Below are positions 8,571-16,221 of a stretch of DNA of 32,000 bases, one piece after another. The notes beneath the pieces were generated by a model that saw only the letters and a list, made by a program, of their open reading frames with translations, made no database searches and was not told the DNA's origin. Source of the stretch: Acaryochloris marina MBIC11017 (GTDB lineage: Bacteria; Cyanobacteriota; Cyanobacteriia; Thermosynechococcales; Thermosynechococcaceae); assembly GCF_000018105.1 (NCBI RefSeq), contig NC_009925.1, positions 1,830,001 to 1,862,000 of the forward strand, in the 5' to 3' direction. The position numbers were made by a program, and so were the translations under genes. Numbering within the stretch: position 1 is the stretch's first letter; every line of letters begins with the position of its first letter.

Positions 8571-8903
8571 TTATCCCCCAAAGAGCCTCTGCCACCAGCC
8601 CTGCTTTTTGGCAGGCTGTGGGCGCTGGGCAAGTTCCTGGGTTAAACGCTGGTTTGTTGCCCGTAACTGGGCTATTTCAGCCGTCAAAGTGACATTGCGC
8701 TGAAAAATTCTTTTTTGCTGTAGCTCTAATTCAGTAATTTTTTGCTGAGCAAGTTCTAAGTCTGGGTTAGGGGGAGCGGGGTCAGGCTTTGGCCATTGGC
8801 TGTCTGACTTTTCAACTAAACGTTGAGATGTTTCCAAAACCTCAGCATCCACTTCAGCAGCAGGCGTTTGCCAAGGATCATCACAATTATCAACAGATGG
8901 CAT
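8571..8903 (-). CDS. Hypothetical coiled-coil protein
   Basis: 110-aa ORF with an ATG start. It has an acidic/Pro-rich N-terminus, heptad-like Q/L/E-rich centre (LELAQQKITELELQQKRIFQ...LRATNQRLTQELAQ) and a GWWQRLFGG end. No family recognised. Confidence 0.5.
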   Translation of the reverse strand: MPSVDNCDDPWQTPAAEVDAEVLETSQRLVEKSDSQWPKPDPAPPNPDLELAQQKITELELQQKRIFQRNVTLTAEIAQLRATNQRLTQELAQRPQPAKKQGWWQRLFGG

Positions 8904-9054
8904 GGCGTCAGTGAATGGAAGCGAGAGAAACTATAGGCATTCTACACATATTTTCCAAGATATAGCTCCGAATAGGGATATTGGTCTATTAGTTCAGCAA
9001 AAGAGGGAAATAATCTAAATTTCTTAACTTAACTATCCAGTATTGTAGCTTGCC

Positions 9055-9792
9055 TTACAAATAGGACTTTTTGCGGGCCCACCGAGTACTTTGCCAAATT
9101 CGGAGACCCACAACAGCACCAATTAAAGCTCCCAAGGACCATTTTATCGTTCGTTTCAGTAATCCAGGTTGCTCATTTCGAGCCTGCTCTAGGGCGTCTT
9201 TCGCTTGTTGCTCAATCGCAGACCGGGCAGGGGATAGTAAGCTGGGAATTTGAGCCTTGATATCCGGTAGGGCCTGATTAGTATCTAATGTTATCGAGGA
9301 ACGATTTGTAAGAGCCCGACTAAGCAGGCGCTGGAATTCGTCCACAGAATTAGTCTGATCAAGCTTTGTCTCTAACTGCTGAACCAAGGCCAAGCGTTGC
9401 ACTTTAAAGGCATTAATTTCTTCCACTTTTAGATTGTGTATCCGCATAGAATTCACAAAACATAAGGGAATCATGGCTACTAACACGAGGGTTAGAGCGA
9501 GGGTAAGCCAGGTTAGCACCTTGAGAATCAGTTTCTCAGCGGGACGACGATACTCCTGCTCCCCCCAAAACACCATGACAAAGCCAATAAGCGGCACTGG
9601 AATCCGTTCAACGATGGACCCGATACTACGAAATTCCCAAACAGGATTCATCAGGTCAATCGGAATAAGAATCGCCCCCAAATCCAGTAGGGCTAATAGA
9701 AGTAGGCCGTACCCTAGCCAACGAATCATCGTGATGGAACGAGATTGAGTGGCATAGGCCCGCCAGAGGCGATCCAGTTTAGGTTGAGTCAT
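9055..9792 (-). CDS. HpsJ-like membrane protein (family recalled from memory)
   Basis: 245-aa ORF. The N-terminal region has TM helices and the pattern LLLLALLDLGAILIPIDLMNPVWEFRSIGSIVERIPVPLIGFVMVFWGE, which resembles what I remember of HpsJ-family proteins. The C-terminal half is coiled-coil-like. It lies directly downstream of the cyanoexosortase gene. Confidence 0.55.
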   Translation of the reverse strand: MTQPKLDRLWRAYATQSRSITMIRWLGYGLLLLALLDLGAILIPIDLMNPVWEFRSIGSIVERIPVPLIGFVMVFWGEQEYRRPAEKLILKVLTWLTLALTLVLVAMIPLCFVNSMRIHNLKVEEINAFKVQRLALVQQLETKLDQTNSVDEFQRLLSRALTNRSSITLDTNQALPDIKAQIPSLLSPARSAIEQQAKDALEQARNEQPGLLKRTIKWSLGALIGAVVGLRIWQSTRWARKKSYL

Positions 9793-9837
9793 GGAGATTG
9801 TGATCTGCTTCCGCCCAATCTTACGCCTTTAAAGCAC

Positions 9838-10686
9838 TTATTCAGGATGATCTCCCTGAGCTTGATGAACAATCCACCCACAAAACAGACCAAAGAGTAA
9901 AACTGTCACCACCACAAAGACTAAGGCGCCATCATTACTATGCCAATAGTCAAACAAAGCGGGGTCGTTTTGGGTCGAGAGGAGGGCTAATAACGCCACA
10001 CGGATGCCATTAATCACAAAACCTAGAGTAACTGCCACTACGGGAGCCATAATCTTTGCAGAAGTGGGGAGCGGAAACATCAACAGAAAAATCACTGTAA
10101 TGGCAAACATATAGGTCATTAAGTTCAGGCCCGAGCAAGCGGGAACCACCTTCACCGCTCCATCTGGCAACTGAATTAAATCATTGGTGAGTTGAACAGA
10201 AAAACCTGAATACCACAGTAAATACGTCGAGAATTGAGCCGTGAAGGGAGAAATATCGGGAATAAACTTTAGCAGCAGTTTCGGCAGACCGAGGCAAAAG
10301 AGGGTGAGCAACTCTATTTGATATTGCCCCAAAGTCTGCCAACCTGAGGCCAGCAGCATAACACCAATAGCCGCGATAAACGGGGCGAATGCCAGGTACC
10401 AACCAGTCGGCGACTGCAAGCTTTGGAACAAGATTCCCCCCACCATACAAATCCCACACCCAAGGGACAGGATGTTGCTGCCCAGCTGCAGCTGCAATCG
10501 CCGATCCCAGAGGCTGGACAAGGCCGCAAATAAAAATACCAAGCTCATGGCTAAGTGGGCCACCTTATCCGCTCTTAGATTAGCGGTAAAGTACAGTGCT
10601 AGAAAACAGCCTGTGACCCCTAACAGAGCCATAACCGGGATTTTGATCTGATGGCCTGTATAGATGGACATACCCCTAATCGACAT
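9838..10686 (-). CDS. crtA: Cyanoexosortase A (exosortase family transpeptidase)
   Basis: 282-aa polytopic ORF with exosortase catalytic-type motifs: VVPACSGLNLM (Cys), INGIRVALLAL (Arg) and a late His (DYWHSNDG). Size and cyanobacterial context fit the cyanoexosortase A subtype. Confidence 0.7.
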   Translation of the reverse strand: MSIRGMSIYTGHQIKIPVMALLGVTGCFLALYFTANLRADKVAHLAMSLVFLFAALSSLWDRRLQLQLGSNILSLGCGICMVGGILFQSLQSPTGWYLAFAPFIAAIGVMLLASGWQTLGQYQIELLTLFCLGLPKLLLKFIPDISPFTAQFSTYLLWYSGFSVQLTNDLIQLPDGAVKVVPACSGLNLMTYMFAITVIFLLMFPLPTSAKIMAPVVAVTLGFVINGIRVALLALLSTQNDPALFDYWHSNDGALVFVVVTVLLFGLFCGWIVHQAQGDHPE

Positions 10687-10792
10687 GGACTGATATCACT
10701 CTCTTTCACCAGCAGCTAAAGAATATTCTCTAGATTAGCAACTGTGAGAAGAAGACGACTCCTCCAAACCTTGGCATGCAGCTTGGAGGCTG

Positions 10793-12259
10793 TTATCCAT
10801 AGGGAGCAATCCACTGCCGCAGTGTTTGGGTAAGTCGTTGGCTGTCTTGGTTGTTCAAGCTATGGGCCAGGGCTAACGCTGATCGGCTTTTGAAATTAAC
10901 CATAACTGTTTCTTCTTCCCGGGTCAGAGACACTGCGTAGATATCAGTAATGTCTCTGTGGGGTTGGGACTGTTGCCAATAGGTCAAGCCCGATAGCTGA
11001 TATTTGATAATTAGCTGGTGGTCCACACTCTCGATGACAGTGCTCGTCAAGTTCTGCTTCAGCCAATTGAACCCGGTGAGCCAAGGGATACTGCCCAAAC
11101 AAAGCAATAGCACACCAATACTAAGGCTCCCTACATCTCCGGAGGCAAGAGCTTGGCGCGTATAGGTCAAGCCAATAGGCAGCAAGGCCAGAAGAATGAC
11201 AGCTAATGGCCCTAAAAGTGTCAGCAATGTCATCCCAACCAGATCCTTCAATCTGGGTAAGGGTGCGGACCAAATGGGGTGAATCTGTGCTTGTAAATGC
11301 TCAGGATTAGGATCAATTTGGAGCCGATGCGTGCTTAGTTCTTTAGCAGAAACTGGGGCTACTCTACTAGCACTCGGAGAGGTTAAGGCCGATAATGCTG
11401 TTCTTGCAGACTTAAATCGATCGGCTAGGGCAGGAGCTGTCATTTTCTCTAGCCATGACGTGAGGTGGTTTGTAAGGGTAATGCGATGGCCGTTCCTTGC
11501 TGTCCGGAAAATATAGGCCAGCCCTTGACCATCGCCAAATGGTAACCGCATATCTGTCTGGGTGAGTTGAGCTGGAGCTAGCCCTGTCAGCAGGTGCAAT
11601 AAGGTTGCCCCTAAGCTATACAAATCTGAAGCTGGGACAGCTTGGCCACCAAACTGCTCTAAGGGGGTATAGCCATAGGTGCCCACCACCGTAAAGGAGC
11701 CATCGGCTGGGGTCAATCGATTTTGAACAGCCCCAAAATCCACTAAAAAAACCGTTTGGTTAGGGGTCAGGATTAAATTACTGGGCTTGATATCTCGGTG
11801 GAGGATGGGGGGATTCTGCTCATGCAGGTAGATAAGAATCTTTAAAATTTGAGCGGCGACATCATAAATCTCTGACTCCGAAAGCCGTTGCCCCTGGGCA
11901 ATCAACGTTTGTAAGTTATTGCCTGGAATATACTCTTCAATCAGCCCCAGCCAAGGTTCAGGGGCCTGGATATGAAAGGAATCGAGATACCGAGGGATTT
12001 GAGGATGATTCAGCTGCTGGAGAACCTGAACTTCCCGTTCAAAGAGTTTCATTTCATCCCAGGCCATCCCTCGCCCAAAGGCCAAAAACTTGATAATGAC
12101 TGGCTTGGGTTGGGAGGTGGGCTGATGATCTGTCGCTAACCATGTCTGCCGGGTCGGTTGTGCTCTCAACTGCTGCCGCAGTTGATATCGTTCCTGGATG
12201 ACTTGCCCGACCGTTAGCATAATGGGTGGAGCGACTGAATCTGAATCAACATCTCCCAT
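10793..12259 (-). CDS. Ser/Thr protein kinase with a C-terminal membrane-spanning extension
   Basis: Hanks kinase motifs are present: VIIKF (Lys), HRDIKPSNLIL, DFG and GTYGYTPLEQ. TM segments occur in the C-terminal third (LLTLLGPLAVILLALLPIGL; LSIGVLLLCLGSIPWL). I place the start at the ATG (rc of 12257-12259); the ORF track extends to a TTG at 12301. Confidence 0.85.
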   Translation of the reverse strand: MGDVDSDSVAPPIMLTVGQVIQERYQLRQQLRAQPTRQTWLATDHQPTSQPKPVIIKFLAFGRGMAWDEMKLFEREVQVLQQLNHPQIPRYLDSFHIQAPEPWLGLIEEYIPGNNLQTLIAQGQRLSESEIYDVAAQILKILIYLHEQNPPILHRDIKPSNLILTPNQTVFLVDFGAVQNRLTPADGSFTVVGTYGYTPLEQFGGQAVPASDLYSLGATLLHLLTGLAPAQLTQTDMRLPFGDGQGLAYIFRTARNGHRITLTNHLTSWLEKMTAPALADRFKSARTALSALTSPSASRVAPVSAKELSTHRLQIDPNPEHLQAQIHPIWSAPLPRLKDLVGMTLLTLLGPLAVILLALLPIGLTYTRQALASGDVGSLSIGVLLLCLGSIPWLTGFNWLKQNLTSTVIESVDHQLIIKYQLSGLTYWQQSQPHRDITDIYAVSLTREEETVMVNFKSRSALALAHSLNNQDSQRLTQTLRQWIAPYG

Positions 12260-12347
12260 CTTAATGATGATGGCTCGACCAGACAGGTCTACCGGTTCCA
12301 AGGTCTTGTATTTTATGTAACTTGATAGGAGTGTACAGAATTTTCCT

Positions 12348-13013
12348 ATGGCAACTTATTTAGTGACCGGTGCCAATCGCGGTATTGGCTTAGAATATTG
12401 CCGACAGCTCCAGCAACGGGGTGACACAGTTATTGCCGCCTGTCGCACCTCATCACCTGAGTTAGAAGCCCTTGGCATTCAGATTGAAACTCAAGTGGAT
12501 ATCACTTCAGACACCGCTGTGGCCGATTTCAAGCAGCGGTTGGCAGGGCAGTCCCTAGATGGATTAATCAATAATGCGGGGATGATTGATCGAGTCACTT
12601 TGGAGGACCTAAATATTGAAAGTATTCGCCGCCAATACGAAGTGAATGCCATTGGCCCCTTACGTCTAACTCATGCTCTCTTGCCCAATCTTCCATCGGG
12701 TTCCAAGGTGATTCTGATGACGAGCCGGATGGGCTCGATTGGTGACAACACCTCTGGTAGCTCCTATGGCTATCGCATGTCTAAAGTCGCTCTTTGCATG
12801 GCGGGGAAATCTTTATCTCATGATCTCAAACCAAAAGGGATAGCTGTAGCGATTCTGCATCCTGGCTTGGTTCAGACTCGAATGACCCGCTTTAATGCTA
12901 AAGGAATTACCCCGGAGCAATCCGTCAATGGACTATTGGAACGCATCGATCAGTTGACGCTAGACAATACAGGTACGTTCTGGCATGCCAATGGAGAGGT
13001 ATTGCCCTGGTAA
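12348..13013 (+). CDS. SDR family oxidoreductase (C-factor-like short-chain dehydrogenase)
   Basis: 221-aa ORF with TGANRGIG cofactor motif, NNAG, and the catalytic YRMSK (YxxxK). Confidence 0.85.
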   Translation: MATYLVTGANRGIGLEYCRQLQQRGDTVIAACRTSSPELEALGIQIETQVDITSDTAVADFKQRLAGQSLDGLINNAGMIDRVTLEDLNIESIRRQYEVNAIGPLRLTHALLPNLPSGSKVILMTSRMGSIGDNTSGSSYGYRMSKVALCMAGKSLSHDLKPKGIAVAILHPGLVQTRMTRFNAKGITPEQSVNGLLERIDQLTLDNTGTFWHANGEVLPW

Positions 13014-13031
13014 AAGGGTGTTCAACAGGCG

Positions 13032-13499
13032 TTACGGTTGTGCTCGCCGCCAAAATTCAACATAAAATACTGCATCTTCCCTAGGTTGAACATCGTGTTG
13101 GACTTCGGGCAGAACGATACCGGACGTCTGAGGGTCTAACGTTTCTTCACTATAAAAGGGGTGGTGAATGCGATAGATCAATGTCCCTTCTACAACATGG
13201 ATGAGGCCCCAAACTCCTTTTTTGGTTCCATGGTGCTGGGTTAAACCAGCAGGAATCGTTTCAGCATTAAAGACGGGGGTGCGTTTGTAGGGAGCATATC
13301 CATCCGGTATTGTTTTGCGATCGCACCATCCACAATCCAATTCAGTTCCCATCCGGGATTCCCGACCAGCAGCCGTCATCACCCAAGGACGGGGGAAAAA
13401 CGGTGGATCATGACGGGTATGTTGGGCATGGCCACAGTCTAGGTCTGCCACCCAATGGAAGTCCTGATCTTGATGAAAGCCTACGATTGTCCGCAGCAA
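13032..13499 (-). CDS. DUF3565 plus DUF1971 (TehB N-terminal-like) fusion protein
   Basis: 155-aa ORF. The N-terminal part (GFHQDQDFHWVADLDCGHAQHTRHDPPF) resembles DUF3565. The C-terminal part (TIPAGLTQHHGTKKGVWGLIHVVEGTL) resembles the tellurite-resistance-related DUF1971 fold. Family names are from memory. Confidence 0.6.
   Translation of the reverse strand: MLRTIVGFHQDQDFHWVADLDCGHAQHTRHDPPFFPRPWVMTAAGRESRMGTELDCGWCDRKTIPDGYAPYKRTPVFNAETIPAGLTQHHGTKKGVWGLIHVVEGTLIYRIHHPFYSEETLDPQTSGIVLPEVQHDVQPREDAVFYVEFWRRAQP
13317..13324. repeat. HIP1 palindrome GCGATCGC
   Basis: Exact octamer read in the sequence. Confidence 0.9.
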
Positions 13500-13702
13500 C
13501 TGCTCTTCCCTCGATTCCAGACCACTATAAAACTGTAGGCCAATTTAAAGTTTTACGAGTCCCATCCTAGAGAAGCCTCACCAGGCAAAGTTCTCCGAGA
13601 TCTGAGCCGCGTAATAAACACGATTTGGGCTGATAAGTCTGATAGAAGTGCAATTTTTTATGCGGGGAAGTTTGGCGATGGCGCCCATTGAGGACGTTAA
13701 AC

Positions 13703-13746
13703 GACAATGTGATGGTCAAAACTCGGCCAGCAGCCATCACATTGTC
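13703..13746 (+). promoter_or_regulatory. Perfect 13-bp inverted repeat (hairpin or operator) in the leader of the FAD oxidoreductase gene
   Basis: GACAATGTGATGG (13703-13715) and CCATCACATTGTC (13734-13746) are exact reverse complements separated by 18 nt. A second hairpin (13751-13767, 7 bp, 3-nt loop) ends 1 nt before the ATG at 13769. Confidence 0.4.
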
Positions 13747-13768
13747 CTGCGGGTAGGGACCTTACCCT

Positions 13769-14857
13769 ATGTATGGGTCAACCACAATCCGGAGGACTGG
13801 CAACGTGTCATCACAGACTAAAGCCGATGTCGTGATCGTCGGTGGAGGACCGGGTGGCACGGCAACAGCGATTCACTGTGCCCAAAAAGGTCTTAAGGTG
13901 ACTCTCCTGGAACAAGCCGAGTTTCCCCGTTCCCATCCTGGCGAAACCTTACATCCAGGTATTGAACCGCTGCTCAAAAGGTTGGGGGTAGCGGAACAGG
14001 TGCTCAATGCAGGCTTTTTGCGTCATCCAGGCCATTATGTAGAGTGGCAAGGGGAGCGAGAATTTCAAGCCTTTGGTGAAGATGAGCAGGGACCGTGGTT
14101 AGGGTTTCAGGCGGTGCGATCGCAGTTTGATTCCCTACTACTAGAACAAGCCCAAACCCTGGGGGTCCAGGTTCTTCAACCCTGTCGAGCCTTAGAACCA
14201 CTCGTTAACCAGGGACAGGTACAAGGACTCAATACCACCTTAGGTCCCATAGACGCCACCTTTGTGGTGGATGCCGCTGGCAGTTGTCAATGGTTGGCGC
14301 GAAAACTGGGGCTTAAAACTACGCCTTATTCTCCTCCTCTCAGAGCCTATTACGGCTACGTGACCGGAGAATGCCCAGAACGAGACCAAGCCCCTTTAAT
14401 TGTCTCCGATACAGAGGGGTGGACCTGGATTGCCAAGGTGGAACACCAACGCTATCAATGGACGCGCTTGTCCTTTGAGCGTCAACCCGATGCCCATTGG
14501 CAGCCTCAAGATTTGGCAAATCTCTGTCCAGAAGGGAAGGCACGGGCCGTGGACGTTACCTGGCGGCTGGTCAATCCTGCAGCGGGTCCCGGTTACTTTT
14601 TGGTGGGGGATGCCGCTGCCGTCTTAGACCCAGCGTCTTCCCATGGCGTTCTTAAAGCAATGACCTCCGGTATGATGGCAGCTCATCTTATGGTGCAAAG
14701 CTGCCAAGGTGAACAACTTCAACCATCATCGGCTAGTCGCTATTGTGCATGGCTACGCACCAATTTTTATCATGACCTGATTCATTTACAAGGTTTTTAC
14801 GCCCCCATCCTATCCGCTCTCTCTTCCGCACCTACCTTGCAATCGACATCATTGTAG
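13769..14857 (+). CDS. NAD(P)/FAD-dependent oxidoreductase (halogenase / geranylgeranyl-reductase-like fold)
   Basis: Contains DVVIVGGGPGG (GxGxxG), VVDAAG and LVGDAAAVLDPASSHGV motifs. An alternative start is the GTG at 13805, preceded by GGAGGA (13791-13796) at 8-nt spacing. Confidence 0.8.
   Translation: MYGSTTIRRTGNVSSQTKADVVIVGGGPGGTATAIHCAQKGLKVTLLEQAEFPRSHPGETLHPGIEPLLKRLGVAEQVLNAGFLRHPGHYVEWQGEREFQAFGEDEQGPWLGFQAVRSQFDSLLLEQAQTLGVQVLQPCRALEPLVNQGQVQGLNTTLGPIDATFVVDAAGSCQWLARKLGLKTTPYSPPLRAYYGYVTGECPERDQAPLIVSDTEGWTWIAKVEHQRYQWTRLSFERQPDAHWQPQDLANLCPEGKARAVDVTWRLVNPAAGPGYFLVGDAAAVLDPASSHGVLKAMTSGMMAAHLMVQSCQGEQLQPSSASRYCAWLRTNFYHDLIHLQGFYAPILSALSSAPTLQSTSL
14116..14123. repeat. HIP1 palindrome GCGATCGC
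   Basis: Exact octamer read in the sequence. Confidence 0.9.
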
Positions 14858-14912
14858 ACTAGGAACCATTCAAGCTGGCAAAGTCTTATCTTCAAATGCC
14901 AAGACGAGGGTA

Positions 14913-15443
14913 GTGGGAATAAACAAAGAGAGGCTATTACTGTGGCTCTCAAGATTGATCTTGATGATGCCGTTCCTAGTCATCGGTGGACCGATACTCT
15001 TGTGGGTATGGCTTGCAACGTCCCATACCCTTGAGAACAATAAGATTCTCCATAAATATGAAACGGCTTTTCAGGGGCTCTTACATCCTAGAAGCACCTC
15101 AAAAATTGATGCCTTTGGAGAGGTTAGGCGCCCGCCTGGCAATGGTGATAATTGTTTCTATTTTGTCGGTCAACTCAGAGAATATTCAGGCAGTCCCATA
15201 CCCATTCAAAATTTCTATTCCACGGATGTTATGGCTGAGAAATTTTCGCAGGGTGGGTTTCATGTCGAGTTCGCAGTAAATGGCAAGTTCAGCGACAGAG
15301 TGCCCTATGGATTAAATAATCTGGCTCAATGGCCCATCAACCAGCCGACATCCCATCATCGCCATGTTTATATTGTGTACTGGCTGATTTCTGACTATCT
15401 AACGCCCTATTCTACCTACCCATTAGATCTGCGCTGTCATTAA
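14913..15443 (+). CDS. Hypothetical protein with an N-terminal signal-anchor
   Basis: 176-aa ORF with a GTG start in the track; alternative ATGs are at 14964 and 14967. It has one N-terminal hydrophobic helix (LILMMPFLVIGGPILLWVWLA) and no recognised family. Confidence 0.5.
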   Translation: MGINKERLLLWLSRLILMMPFLVIGGPILLWVWLATSHTLENNKILHKYETAFQGLLHPRSTSKIDAFGEVRRPPGNGDNCFYFVGQLREYSGSPIPIQNFYSTDVMAEKFSQGGFHVEFAVNGKFSDRVPYGLNNLAQWPINQPTSHHRHVYIVYWLISDYLTPYSTYPLDLRCH

Positions 15444-15549
15444 TATGGCTGTCGACCAAGACTTCATCCCCGCCCATAGGCACAATCCTAGATATTAATT
15501 TCTAGTGGGAACCCTAATCCATATACTCGTTTCTGAAGGCGTTTGACTT

Positions 15550-16035
15550 GTGAATAGAGGACTTATCTCCCGTTCTGCTGCTGTTATAGTTCCAGTTGCT
15601 CAGGTGGCAGAACGCCTTCGCCTCAGTCATTTATTGCGATGGCTAGTGTTGATGGGCGTCCGCGACTACCAACGCTACCTATCTCCCTACAAAGGATTTT
15701 CCTGTGCCCACAGGCGCTTCTATGGAGGCGTATCTTGCTCAGAATACTTTCGACGTGCTGTTCAAGATAATGGTTTAGCGGGTGCGATGCCTCGCTTTCA
15801 ACAGCGGCTGCGAGCCTGCAAAGGGGCCAGTCGCATCTTAAATGCAAGTTCGCCTAATTCTAAGAAACATCGAAAGCAGCAGCAAGAGTCCTGTGGAGAT
15901 TGTGGTGCCGGATGGTGTGATAGTGCTTGTATTCCCCTAGATATTTGCGACGTATTTGAATTCTGCGACCTAGATTGTGATGTATTAGGCGGTTTAGACG
16001 GCTGTGGAGATTGTGGTGGATGTGATTGTGGATAA
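15550..16035 (+). CDS. YidD-like (membrane protein insertion efficiency factor family) domain protein with a Cys/Asp-rich C-terminal tail
   Basis: The stretch YQRYLSPYKGFSCAHRRFYGGVSCSEYFRRAVQDNGLAGAMPRFQQRLRAC follows the YidD pattern (YQrxiSP...CRFxPxCSxY...G...R..RC), with an insertion between the Cys residues. The last 47 residues (nt 15892-16032) contain 11 Cys and 10 Asp. The start is GTG; an alternative ATG is at 15652. Confidence 0.6.
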   Translation: MNRGLISRSAAVIVPVAQVAERLRLSHLLRWLVLMGVRDYQRYLSPYKGFSCAHRRFYGGVSCSEYFRRAVQDNGLAGAMPRFQQRLRACKGASRILNASSPNSKKHRKQQQESCGDCGAGWCDSACIPLDICDVFEFCDLDCDVLGGLDGCGDCGGCDCG

Positions 16036-16131
16036 GGGCATCCAAGATACTTATTGTCTCCAATCAGGCTGGAATCCTGAGCCCAAAATCACCAATGGAG
16101 ATTACATACAAGGATGCAATCTCCATCTCAT

Positions 16132-16155
16132 CAATCTGAAATAGATTGGCTTTTT
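16132..16155 (+). terminator. Weak intrinsic terminator candidate downstream of the YidD-like gene
   Basis: CAATCT (16132-16137) pairs with AGATTG (16143-16148) around the loop GAAAT, followed by GC and TTTTT (16151-16155). The stem is short and AT-rich, so confidence is low. Confidence 0.35.
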
Positions 16156-16221
16156 ATGATCCGTGAGTTATCGTCGCAGCCACTGGGGCAGTATTCTCAC
16201 CTACCCTGTGATGGGAAGGGC

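Noticed and set aside
8571-12301. A PEP-CTERM cargo gene next to the cyanoexosortase.
   Set aside because: No supplied ORF in or near the cluster ends with a PEP motif followed by a TM helix and a basic tail. The cargo must be encoded elsewhere.
13660-13821. A 53-aa upstream ORF (ATG at 13660) spanning the inverted repeat and overlapping the oxidoreductase start.
   Set aside because: It has no Shine-Dalgarno sequence and no recognisable motif, and its sequence is dictated by the palindromic DNA. There is not enough evidence to call a leader peptide.
13769-14857. Calling the flavoenzyme a tryptophan/flavin-dependent halogenase.
   Set aside because: The nearest match to the WxWxIP motif is GWTWIAK, which is out of register and has no Pro. 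The protein is about 140 aa shorter than characterised halogenases. I keep the generic FAD-dependent oxidoreductase call.
15860-16063. A His-rich 67-aa minus-strand ORF.
   Set aside because: It is the mirror image of the Cys/Asp-rich tail codons of the YidD-like gene. Its compositional bias is explained by the sense strand.
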